From: an uncultured delta proteobacterium
Lineage (GTDB): Bacteria; Desulfobacterota; Syntrophia; Syntrophales; Smithellaceae
DNA length: 64,000 nt
Direction: 5' to 3'
Assembly (NCBI GenBank): GCA_963753975.1
Contig: CAVWEH010000002.1
Coordinates: 448,001-512,000 of the forward strand
Part shown: positions 41,914 to 51,302 of the stretch, piece after piece
How positions within the stretch are numbered: position 1 is the stretch's first letter
Layout: each line of letters opens with the position of its first letter
Translations under genes and position numbers: made by a program
Notes under the pieces: generated by a model
Databases searched by the model: none
Seen by the model: only the letters and a program-made list of their open reading frames with translations
Told to the model about the DNA's origin: nothing

Positions 41914-42612
41914 ATGGGGTCATACTCAAAAAAAGATGTTGATTATTTCAATCAGTTTGCCGATGGCTATATGCCCTATACGCCGGATGACCTTGTACGT
42001 ATGCTTGAACCATTGGAAAAGGTGATTCGTCCGCTGCACATTGCAAAGGTATGCGAAATTGGATGTGCGTCGGGTCAGTTTTCCGACGCCTTGGCTTCAC
42101 GGATCGGTCTGGAAAACATCTGTCTCTATGGATTAGATATAGCCCTGAAAGTCCTTTCCACGTATAAATATGGAAAAATCTGCGGCAGTGCTTTTGCCCT
42201 GCCTTTCGCCTCTGAATCTTTTGACGTCGTCTGTTTGCCAGCAACTTTGCATCATCTATTCCCTTTCGAATCTTCATTGCGCGAGATAAGCCGCGTTCTG
42301 CGGCCGGGTGGATATTTATACTGTCTGGAACCGAATTACCACCATCCGCAGCGCTTTTTCTTTATGCGATTTAAAACGCTGTACAATTTATACCGAAAAG
42401 CGAATGATGTGCCGGTAAACGCTGATCTTCTGCGAAAGATGCTGTGCCGTTTTGATCTGCAGATGGCTGAATTTGAATATATCAACATTAACTTCAACCA
42501 TCCATCTTTTCTGCAACGCGTGCAGAACATTCTTGCAAAAAGCGTCAATTTGCGGGCGTTAAACAAATTCGCACTGCCTTGGTTTATCCTGCTGGCAAGG
42601 AAGAAGAAATGA
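41914..42612 (+). CDS. Class I SAM methyltransferase
   Basis: EIGCASG, LPF..ESFD, LHH, RVLRPGG. Confidence 0.85.
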   Translation: MGSYSKKDVDYFNQFADGYMPYTPDDLVRMLEPLEKVIRPLHIAKVCEIGCASGQFSDALASRIGLENICLYGLDIALKVLSTYKYGKICGSAFALPFASESFDVVCLPATLHHLFPFESSLREISRVLRPGGYLYCLEPNYHHPQRFFFMRFKTLYNLYRKANDVPVNADLLRKMLCRFDLQMAEFEYININFNHPSFLQRVQNILAKSVNLRALNKFALPWFILLARKKK

Positions 42613-42644
42613 AAAGTAAATATTAAGAAGTTGCGAGGAGATTT

Positions 42645-43430
42645 ATGCAATCTAATAATCAATATAGTAAACGGCCTGAGACATTCGCTAATATATCAGA
42701 GTTCCGGTCGATTCAACTTAATAATGAAATTTATTTGCGTAATCATAAGAATATCCTTCGCGGAAGCAAGCAGTATTTCGATATTATTCTTTCAGCACGC
42801 AAAAAATATCTTTATTACTTAGACGATATAATAAGTTATTTAAAAAGTAGTCCATCGAGGTCCCATTTGGAAGTTGGCTGTGGAATCGGAACGGATGCTC
42901 TCGTATTTGTCAGAGAAAAATTTCATGTTACAGGAATTGATTTGGCACCCGGTCATTTGGAATTAGCAAAAGGGTTATTCAATCTTTATCAAGAAACTGG
43001 TTCATTCAAATATGGAAATGCGGAAAACATTTGTTTTCCTGATCAGACTTTTGGTTGTGTATATTAATTAGGCGTACTGCATCACGCACCTGATACACAA
43101 AAAGCTATTAAGGAAATATATCGGGTACTAATTCCAGGAGGCAGGGCAGTTATCATGTTATATAATAGATTATCCCTCAACAACTTTGCCCATTGGATAA
43201 CTCGAAGGGGTTTTGAAAATGCTAAAGGACAAACTGATGCACCCATTACCCAACGTTTCACAAAACGTGAAATATTAGAGATGTGTTTTAATTTTCATTC
43301 ATGTAACATAAGTGTTGAATACCTTTTCGGCGCGGGGTGGAGAAAGTTCTATGATTTTGTGCCCAAACGTATTTATCACTTTCTAAGCAAATGGATTGGA
43401 TGGCACTTGGTTATTTATCTGCAAAAGTAA
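42645..43430 (+). pseudogene. SAM methyltransferase interrupted by an in-frame TAA at 43065-43067
   Basis: LEVGCGIG..FPDQTFGCVY-*-LGVLHHAPD..RVLIPGG..MLYN; both ORFs are in the same frame. Confidence 0.7.
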
Positions 43431-43457
43431 GGCAAAGCGAAGACTGAAAGAATTTAC

Positions 43458-44487
43458 ATGGAAGATCAAATTTTTAATGATCCGATGGCAAGGAAAGCTA
43501 CAGATTGGCGACGGACAGTTTTTTTTATTCTGCGTTTTACTGTGAGCATCGCCCTTGTCGTCTGGATATTCAGTTCCATCGATTGGGGAATTTTTAAAGA
43601 CATAATCATCTCTCCTAAGCCTTATCCGCTGGCGGCATTTGTTATTTTCAGCTTATTATTTGTTTTTTTAGGCGGTATGAAACTTTGGGTGTTACTGCGA
43701 ACGCTTCATCCCATGGGTCTCTGGCATTTCAGCGCATATTATTTTCTTACGAGTTCTGTAGGCTCCCTTATTCCCTCTATTTTTGGTGATTTTACATTAG
43801 CGGCGCTGATGAAAAAAAATCAAATCGACTATCATAAGAGTTTTTCCATTATTATTCTGGATAGATTGATTACACTGTTAATTGCTGTCTTCATTTTTAC
43901 GCCCTTTACGCTTATTTTCATCTTGCCGGTTTCATCCCATCACGATATGGACAATCACAGCAACAACTCTCGTAATAACTTATCGGCCATGTGGTTTTCC
44001 GCTTCGTTTCTACTCAACATCGCTTTTCAAAGATTCTCGGTCACTCGTTGTTTTTCTGATGAAACTTACAATAGTTTTCTTCCGCAAGAAGAGATGGCAA
44101 GTCTATGGAAAAACTTTCTTATTGGTTTATTCCGCGGTTTCATTTCCGGTATTGCCTTATTTTTTGCTCTTGATGGCCGTTAATCTCTTGCCCAACTGAT
44201 CTGCTTCGACAATTTGTATTGCAAATTCCCTCTCCGTTGTGACCCATATCCCGATCAGTATCAGCGGACTCGGCCTCTATGAAGGGAGTGGGCTGATCCT
44301 GTTTGAACGAATTGGCCTGCAACGAGAGATGGTACTGGCGGGGCTGCTCTATCAGCGGGTATATATCATTGTCTGGTCACTGGCAACGATACTCATCATC
44401 GGCACCGTCATTCTCCTGCGCCGCCGCAGAGCAGGAAAAGCAAAGGCACAAAATACTCGTCCATCGGAAAGTGAGTTGCCGCTATGA
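43458..44487 (+). CDS. LPG-synthase TM / AglD2-like flippase-family membrane protein; frameshifts in 43930-44210
   Basis: Multi-TM; IPSIFGD, LDRLI, IPISISGLGLYEG motifs. Confidence 0.7.
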
Positions 44488-45707
44488 TCCCAACTAATAA
44501 ACCGTCCTATGCTTTAGCCGATCTTTATGCCGCTCTGTTTCATGATCCCCGTGCGGTTGAGCTTTTTGAAGATGAATTGACCCAACGATTCGATTTTAAC
44601 GACGCCATCGTTTTTCCCTATGGACGCAGTGCGCTTTACGCGGCATTGAAATCGCTCAACTGCCCGGCAGGGGAGGTAGTGCAATCTGCTTTCAACTGTG
44701 TCGTTGTCGCCCATGCGACTATAGCTGCGGGCCATCGGCCTGTCTTTGTTGATGCAACAGCCTCATCGCCAAACCAGAATGCAGATCAAATGGTTCAGGC
44801 TGTCGGTCGTGAAACAGTTGCTGTAATCCAGACAAGCATTTTTGGTATGACATTTGATACAGAGGGATTGTGCGGAGAAATCCGCCGTCGGAACAGCAAC
44901 GCTTGCATTCTGATTGATTGCTGCCAGGCTCTGGACGCACGTTGGCAGGGAAGATTGCTTATGCATTCCGGAGACGGGGCTCTTCTGGCCTTCGGGATCG
45001 GTAAACCCATGACCACCCTCTACGGCGGTGTGCTGCTGACAAACCGCCCTGATCTGGCCGCTGCCGTCCGCACCTTTAGGAACCGCACATATCGTCAGCC
45101 CGGCAGTATTGCGGTCTTCAGACGCTGGCTCTACTTTATTGCCTCTTGGGCTGCACTGTCCCCAGCGCTGCTTTCTCTAACGGATTATCTGATTAATGCC
45201 GATACGCCCTTGAGCCGCTACCTCTGGAAACTCAGAGCCAGGGAGGCCATTCGCCTTCCCAAAAACAACGATATCCTCATGCTACCGCTGGAAGCAGCTA
45301 TTGGACGCAGTCAGCTTAAACGTGTGTCGCAATTTATGACACGACGCCGAGAGATTGCCACTCAATATAACGAAGCCTTCGGACAATTGCCAAATATAGA
45401 AATACCATGTTGGAATGAAGGTTCAACATTCACCATTTATACAATTAGGCTTAAACAACCGCTGGATAGGCCGCGGGTAATATCTTTAATGCGTAAAAAA
45501 GGCGTCCGGTGTGATACTATTCTAAGTTATGTTATTCCGGGTCTTGCATGTTACCGGGAACGGGGTTTTTCGGCGGAGGCCTTTCCGCATGGCCGTGCAT
45601 GGTCGGAGTCCGTCTTGAATCTTCCCAGTTATCCTCTTATGACGGATAAACAAATTCAGAAAGTCATTCGAACAATGAAAGAAACCGTTGGGACGCTCTA
45701 TGAATAA
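44484..45707 (+). CDS. DegT-family PLP enzyme (divergent)
   Basis: GRSALY, FNC.VV, IDCCQA, FGIGKP (PLP Lys), LNLP. Confidence 0.8.
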   Translation: MIPTNKPSYALADLYAALFHDPRAVELFEDELTQRFDFNDAIVFPYGRSALYAALKSLNCPAGEVVQSAFNCVVVAHATIAAGHRPVFVDATASSPNQNADQMVQAVGRETVAVIQTSIFGMTFDTEGLCGEIRRRNSNACILIDCCQALDARWQGRLLMHSGDGALLAFGIGKPMTTLYGGVLLTNRPDLAAAVRTFRNRTYRQPGSIAVFRRWLYFIASWAALSPALLSLTDYLINADTPLSRYLWKLRAREAIRLPKNNDILMLPLEAAIGRSQLKRVSQFMTRRREIATQYNEAFGQLPNIEIPCWNEGSTFTIYTIRLKQPLDRPRVISLMRKKGVRCDTILSYVIPGLACYRERGFSAEAFPHGRAWSESVLNLPSYPLMTDKQIQKVIRTMKETVGTLYE

Positions 45708-46434
45708 TCGACATGCGGCTATTGAAACATTACGTTCCGAGTATGACGGAAGGTTACTTGATCCCGAGGAGCGAAAACAGCAGGCGCAGCGCCTTTATTC
45801 AGCCCTAATGACAGCGGGGCTATGGCCTGCCCAGCCACGCATTCTCGACGTGGGCTGCGGAGCCGGCATCAAGCTTTCTTTCCTCGGTGAAAATGTCAGC
45901 CTTCGCGTTGGTTGTGATATTCGTCGCGAAAACTATTTAAATATATCTGATGCGGTCAGCAACATCAGGTTTATTCAGGCAAGCGCTACAGAGCTGCCAT
46001 TTCCCGAGGGGAGTTTCGATCTGGTAACGTGCATTAGTGTTATTGAGGAGCTCCCGGATTTCCCGGCGGCTATCGCGGAAATGGCCCGTTGTGTTGCAAA
46101 GGGAGGTGTACTGGTTATGAATGTCACCAACGGTGTTCTTCTTGAACCCTTATATCAGTTGGCAGAAATGGTGGGAAGAAAGATTCCCGAAAGTTGGTGG
46201 TACTATGCTTCTGCCGGTAAGACTATTGTTAAAGCTAATCTCGATATAGGCTATCATATCGGCTGCCTTGAGGGCTGGCAATATACTCATTTAACACCAT
46301 ATATTATCCGCAGCCAATTCCCAATCATGAGATATCTACCTATATCCCTGCTTGATATCATATCGCGTTGTTTAGCCCCGACCTTTGTCCATGCCTGGCA
46401 AAGACCGACGGAATCCGATGAGGGGAGAAAATAA
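45700..46434 (+). CDS. Class I SAM methyltransferase
   Basis: ILDVGCGAG, LPFPEGSFDLV, EMARC...GG. Confidence 0.85.
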   Translation: MNNRHAAIETLRSEYDGRLLDPEERKQQAQRLYSALMTAGLWPAQPRILDVGCGAGIKLSFLGENVSLRVGCDIRRENYLNISDAVSNIRFIQASATELPFPEGSFDLVTCISVIEELPDFPAAIAEMARCVAKGGVLVMNVTNGVLLEPLYQLAEMVGRKIPESWWYYASAGKTIVKANLDIGYHIGCLEGWQYTHLTPYIIRSQFPIMRYLPISLLDIISRCLAPTFVHAWQRPTESDEGRK

Positions 46435-46436
46435 TC

Positions 46437-48362
46437 ATGTGTGGAATCTGCGGAATAGCCGGTCCGGGAGGGTGCCGGGAAACAGTCGAGCGGATGACAA
46501 GGATCATTGCTCACCGCGGGCCGGATGGGTGCGGTATTCATGAGGGAAACGGCATATTGCTTGGTCACCGGCGCCTGTCCATCATCGACTTGAAAACCGG
46601 TGATCAACCCATGACCAATGAAGACAGAACATTATGGGTGGTTTTCAACGGTGAAATTTATAATTTTATGGAACTGCGCCGGGATCTGGAAGAGCGCGGA
46701 CATCGCTTTTCAACGAAAAGTGACACGGAAGTTCTTATCCACGGCTACGAAGAATACGGTCTTTCGTTTTTCCCGAAACTAAACGGCATTTTTGCCTATG
46801 CCCTCTGGGATGATTGTCGGAGAAGGCTGCTCCTAGTCCGCGACTATTTTGGCGTTAAGCCGCTCCACTATTACTTTAACGGAAAGACTCTGCACTTTGC
46901 CTCGGAAATCAAAGCCATCATTCAGGATGCCCGAATTCCCCGCGAACTGGATAGACAGAGCCTCCACTTTTTTCTCAATCTCCGTTATATACCCGGAGAA
47001 GGGACGCTTTTTAAAGGAATCAAAAGATTACCCGCAGCACATTATCTCCTTTATGAAAATGGCCAGATAACGATTCAACGGTATTTTGATCTTCAGCCCA
47101 TGGAGCAAAAAATAAAATCGGAAGCAGATTACTGCGAAGGCATCCGGCACTATCTCCAAGAGTCAGTGCGTAAACAGAAGATCAGCGATGTCCCTGTCGG
47201 CGTCTATCTTTCCGGCGGTCTCGATTCCAGTTCCTTGGTTGCCTTCATGAGCGAGGTCACTGGCGAACCGGTCCGCACTTTTTCCATGGGATTCAACGAG
47301 CCTACGGACGAACTGGACGATGCCCGGGTCATTGCAGACCACTTCCGGACAGACCACCAAGAAATATGCCTCTCTCCAGAACCACTGCGCCAGTTTCCCG
47401 AGGTAATATGGCACGCGGAAGAACCCAAAGAAAATATCCTGCAGGGTTTTCTCCTGTCGCGCTTCGCCGCTAAACACGTTAAGGTCTGTTTAGGAGGACT
47501 TGGCGGTGATGAGCTGTTCGCGGGCTATGATCTTTATAAATATATCTATCCATTGCGTTACCTGCACGGGTTTATTCCGCCTCTCGTTTCTTCGGGCATC
47601 CTGTCTCCGCTCCGCCATGCCCTTTTTTCCAGCCAGAACAAAACAGGATGCCTCAGCATGGACGAATATCGCCGGGGACTGCAGATGCTCCTTTCGCTCG
47701 GCGACCCTGCCCGCTATTACCTGATTTTGCGCAACACCTGGGATGACGACAACGCCGCCTACAACAATATTTACAGTCCACATTTTGCAGCTCGACAACT
47801 TCTAAAGACGGGCACACAATTCAATACGTATTTTCAGGGAAGAGACAAGGATGTCTTGGCGCAGGTTCTCTGGGCGGAGTTTCATACAAAAATGCAGGAG
47901 GATTTCCTGATGAATGAGGATCGCACATCCATGGCCAACGGTTTGGAAGTGCGGGTCCCGTTCCTGGATCGTGATTTGGTGCGATTTGCCATGTCCATTC
48001 CCGTGAATGTAAAAATGAAACATGGTGAGCTGAAGTATCTCTTCCGTCAGGCCATGAAAAGTGTTCTACCCATGCATACTTTAACGAAAAAGAAATGGGG
48101 CTTTAGTTTTAATCCCTATTACCAGTTTCAGAAGGATTTGAGAAGTGTTGCGTTAAATGTTTTAACAAGGAAACGGGTCGAAGACCGCGGCATTTTTAAC
48201 TATGCTTATCTTAAAAGTATTATTAATCACCCTCCTCATCCCCGTCTCCGCTGGCATTATTTTTTCTTGTGGCTGGCTGTGGGTCTGGAAATATGGTTTC
48301 AGATGTTCATTGATGGAGATGTATCCCAGCCTATTTTCAATCTGGAACATTATACATCTTGA
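46437..48362 (+). CDS. asnB: Asparagine synthase-like glutamine amidotransferase (glycan amidation type)
   Basis: MCGICG, HRGPD, HRRLSIID, FNGEIYN, LSGGLDSS, GGDELFAGY, EVRVPFLD. Confidence 0.9.
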   Translation: MCGICGIAGPGGCRETVERMTRIIAHRGPDGCGIHEGNGILLGHRRLSIIDLKTGDQPMTNEDRTLWVVFNGEIYNFMELRRDLEERGHRFSTKSDTEVLIHGYEEYGLSFFPKLNGIFAYALWDDCRRRLLLVRDYFGVKPLHYYFNGKTLHFASEIKAIIQDARIPRELDRQSLHFFLNLRYIPGEGTLFKGIKRLPAAHYLLYENGQITIQRYFDLQPMEQKIKSEADYCEGIRHYLQESVRKQKISDVPVGVYLSGGLDSSSLVAFMSEVTGEPVRTFSMGFNEPTDELDDARVIADHFRTDHQEICLSPEPLRQFPEVIWHAEEPKENILQGFLLSRFAAKHVKVCLGGLGGDELFAGYDLYKYIYPLRYLHGFIPPLVSSGILSPLRHALFSSQNKTGCLSMDEYRRGLQMLLSLGDPARYYLILRNTWDDDNAAYNNIYSPHFAARQLLKTGTQFNTYFQGRDKDVLAQVLWAEFHTKMQEDFLMNEDRTSMANGLEVRVPFLDRDLVRFAMSIPVNVKMKHGELKYLFRQAMKSVLPMHTLTKKKWGFSFNPYYQFQKDLRSVALNVLTRKRVEDRGIFNYAYLKSIINHPPHPRLRWHYFFLWLAVGLEIWFQMFIDGDVSQPIFNLEHYTS

Positions 48363-48500
48363 GCAATTGACGATCTTTAACTATGCTAACCGAATATATG
48401 TTTTTTTATAGAATTATATTTGTTTCGATAATAAATGACTTTACAAAATAAATGACTCAATTTATTAACATCGGTAATTATTCTTAAATAAGGTGAGAAA

Positions 48501-50564
48501 ATGTTCACAAAAGACAATGAATTTAGATTACCAAACAATTGGAACTTTCCCGATGGGAAAAAATACGCTTTTACCTTTATATCGCTCTTCATCATCCTGA
48601 TAGCCATTTACTCCAACAGTTTCTATGGCGAATGGCATTTTGATGATTTTGTCAATATTGTCGACAATCCGTATGTTCAAATAAATAAATTTTCCTGGGA
48701 AACAATTAAACACTGCGTTTATGGACTGGAACAAGAAAGGCCTTCCCGTCCATTAGCGTATTTAAGTTTTGCCCTCAATTACCACTTCGACGGCGAAAAT
48801 GTTTTTGGTTATCATCTTGTCAATTTTATAATTCATTATCTGGCGGCGGTATTTTTATTCCTCTTTATTTATAATACCCTTCAGCTTCCGCTGCAGCGGG
48901 AAAAATATGCAACCATCGCTTATCCGGTAGCAATGCTTTCAACTTTTCTCTGGGCGGTAAATCCTGTGCACGTTACAGCCATCACTTATATCGTCCAGCG
49001 CATGGCTTCCATGGCTGCACTTTTTTACATTATGTCTATGTATTTTTATTTAAAGGCAAGAACTAACACCAAGCTAATTTATTCCATCGCATTCTTTATC
49101 TTCAGTGGTTTGTGCGGATTGGCTGCTATTCTCACTAAAGAAAACGCGGCTATGCTTCCGGCAAGTATATTTCTCTATGATTTGTTTTTAATTCAAGGAT
49201 TGAATAAGGACAACATTAAAAGGTTTTCTAAGTTTGCCGCATTGCCTTTCGTAGCAATTTTGGTTACAGGCTTTATCTACACTGATTTCACAGCCATTTT
49301 ACAACAATACAATCTTCGTGATTTCACAATGGTTCAGAGACTCTTAACTGAACCGCGTGTCATCTTATTTTATCTTTCTCTTTTATTTTATCCAATTAAT
49401 TCACGCTTAACCTTGCTCTATGATATTGATGTTTCCCGCTCTCTATTTCAGCCTTGGACAACAATTCCGGCTATTTTACTGATAGCTATAATTATTGGAT
49501 TTGCCTCTTATATTGCCAGAAAGCGCCCCCTGATTTCTTTTTGTATCATCTTTTACTTTTTAAATCATATAATAGAAGGATCGATATTTTCCTTGGAGTT
49601 GATTTTTGAGCATCGCAATTATCTGCCTTCCATGCTCTTGTTTATCATTCCTTCGCTTTTAATCATCCACGTTCTTGATTACTTTTCCTATAAGAAAACA
49701 ATCCAATTTGCCTGTGCATTAGGTGTTATTATAATCTTAACAGGTATGGGTGACGTTACGTTCCGCCGCAATGCTATTGTAGCGAATGATTTTAGTCTTT
49801 GGTATGAAAATGCTGAAAAATATCCCAACTTAAGTCGGACCCATTCCAATCTTGGCAATTCTTATATTCACAGAAAGCAACTGAACAAGGCATTGATTGA
49901 ATATGGAAAAGCTATGCAATTAAATAATTTTGGCGGCACTTATGCTCGCGCTATTCAAGAATCTAATCTTGGTTTATATAAATATAATGCTGGAAAATAT
50001 AATGAAGCCCTTGCTTTCTTTAAAAGTTCGTCTGGAGTTTTTCCTGATTCGCTTGTCAATAATATTTATACAGCTAAAATACGTATATTAAATAATAATT
50101 TTTCTCTTGCTCGTCAAATTATTGAAACAGAATTAACCAAATATCCTTTCAACGACAAACTTATTGAAATATTGTGTTTGATATTGATCAAAGAAAATGA
50201 CCTTAAAAAAGCGGAATTATATGCTAAAACAGCTCTGAAAAATAATTTAGCGAATACTTTCCCTCTGCCGATTTTAGCTGAGATTTACCGGAGAAAGGGA
50301 AATCTCCGTTCGTCCATATCATTCTGGAAACTTTATCAACAATCATCTCCTTTTGATTCCTTTGCCAATCTTGCCTTAATCGAACTCTATGCTCAAACAA
50401 AGGATTTAAGAATGCTTGATATAGAATTAAGTAAATTAAATGCACTTAAAGGGAATAAAGATATAGTTTCTTATATAAAGGAAATTACAGAAAAACAAAA
50501 TCTTCTTATTTATATACCCAATGTCAGTAAAATTCAGTCAATCGCCAAGGATAGATATAAATAA
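48501..50564 (+). CDS. TMTC-like GT-C membrane glycosyltransferase with C-terminal TPRs
   Basis: WHFDD...I..NP first-loop acidic motif, RPL..LSFALNY, GYHLVN..IH, NP.H...IT.IVQR, KE, EHRNYLPS, about 11 TMs, TPR-like tail. Confidence 0.75.
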   Translation: MFTKDNEFRLPNNWNFPDGKKYAFTFISLFIILIAIYSNSFYGEWHFDDFVNIVDNPYVQINKFSWETIKHCVYGLEQERPSRPLAYLSFALNYHFDGENVFGYHLVNFIIHYLAAVFLFLFIYNTLQLPLQREKYATIAYPVAMLSTFLWAVNPVHVTAITYIVQRMASMAALFYIMSMYFYLKARTNTKLIYSIAFFIFSGLCGLAAILTKENAAMLPASIFLYDLFLIQGLNKDNIKRFSKFAALPFVAILVTGFIYTDFTAILQQYNLRDFTMVQRLLTEPRVILFYLSLLFYPINSRLTLLYDIDVSRSLFQPWTTIPAILLIAIIIGFASYIARKRPLISFCIIFYFLNHIIEGSIFSLELIFEHRNYLPSMLLFIIPSLLIIHVLDYFSYKKTIQFACALGVIIILTGMGDVTFRRNAIVANDFSLWYENAEKYPNLSRTHSNLGNSYIHRKQLNKALIEYGKAMQLNNFGGTYARAIQESNLGLYKYNAGKYNEALAFFKSSSGVFPDSLVNNIYTAKIRILNNNFSLARQIIETELTKYPFNDKLIEILCLILIKENDLKKAELYAKTALKNNLANTFPLPILAEIYRRKGNLRSSISFWKLYQQSSPFDSFANLALIELYAQTKDLRMLDIELSKLNALKGNKDIVSYIKEITEKQNLLIYIPNVSKIQSIAKDRYK

Positions 50565-50575
50565 TGAAAAATTTT

Positions 50576-50614
50576 AAAAAAAATAGCGTGATGATTATTT
50601 TTCATCACGCTATT
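50576..50614 (-). terminator. Intrinsic terminator of the pilin gene, between convergent genes
   Basis: 13-bp stem AATAGCGTGATGA/TCATCACGCTATT with T-run on the minus strand. Confidence 0.8.
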
Positions 50615-50660
50615 CATCAGATAATTCTCTTTGTACTTATTTATCTAAATATTTTTATTA

Positions 50661-51038
50661 TTAAGGTAAATTCCACGTTCCCGCTGCTGCATAGCCATTA
50701 TCTGTGCCTCTTGCAGTCACTGAAACTGTTGCTGCATTACTTCCCGCTGCTGATACATTGATAGTCCATACGTCAGGCGCTGTTCCGACTGTTGTACCGA
50801 ACGCTGCTGCAGTTACTACAGCTGCAGAAGTTGACGGAGCAGTTCCATTTGTCAGGAAAAGCTGATAATAGGCTAGATTAAGCGTTGATTTTAATTCAGC
50901 AATTTCACCCTGGGCTGCAGATACTTTAGCCTGCGTTGCCAGATCAATGTATTTGGGTATGGCTACTGCGGCCAGAATACCCAGGATAACCAGTACCGCA
51001 ATAATTTCGATAAGCGTAAAACCTTTTTGATTTTTCAT
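50661..51038 (-). CDS. pilA: Major type IV pilin (MshA/PilA-like)
   Basis: MKNQKG-FTLIE cleavage site, AVAIPKY, AAGGAG RBS, own strong terminator. Confidence 0.88.
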   Translation of the reverse strand: MKNQKGFTLIEIIAVLVILGILAAVAIPKYIDLATQAKVSAAQGEIAELKSTLNLAYYQLFLTNGTAPSTSAAVVTAAAFGTTVGTAPDVWTINVSAAGSNAATVSVTARGTDNGYAAAGTWNLP

Positions 51039-51302
51039 CTTTTTTCTCCTTTTTTAAAGTTTGTTAAATGTTTAAGATTTAGTTTTTCTAATAAACATTT
51101 ATAATGCTTTATTTACATTTAATACAGTAATATCCAGTTGCTCATTTTTGTAATAATTCACCCCCTCCCTAATTTACCTTGTCTTGCTTGTAAGTTATTT
51201 ATCTGACAGCTTTTTCCTGTATTACGAACCACGTTTCATCGCCTGTAGAATGCCTTTTAGCGCTCTTGGACAAATTACAAATATTGTGTACGTCATCTAC
51301 AA

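Noticed and set aside
46437..48362. Housekeeping asparagine synthetase or lasso-peptide cyclase
   Set aside because: It has an intact N-terminal Cys glutaminase domain, sits in a sugar-modification operon, and has no lasso precursor or B protein nearby; glycan amidotransferase fits better
51039..51302. c-di-GMP/cGAMP (GEMM) riboswitch upstream of the pilin (also checked upstream of pilM)
   Set aside because: No GGCAAAC..GAAA..GACGCAAAGC-type core seen in either leader
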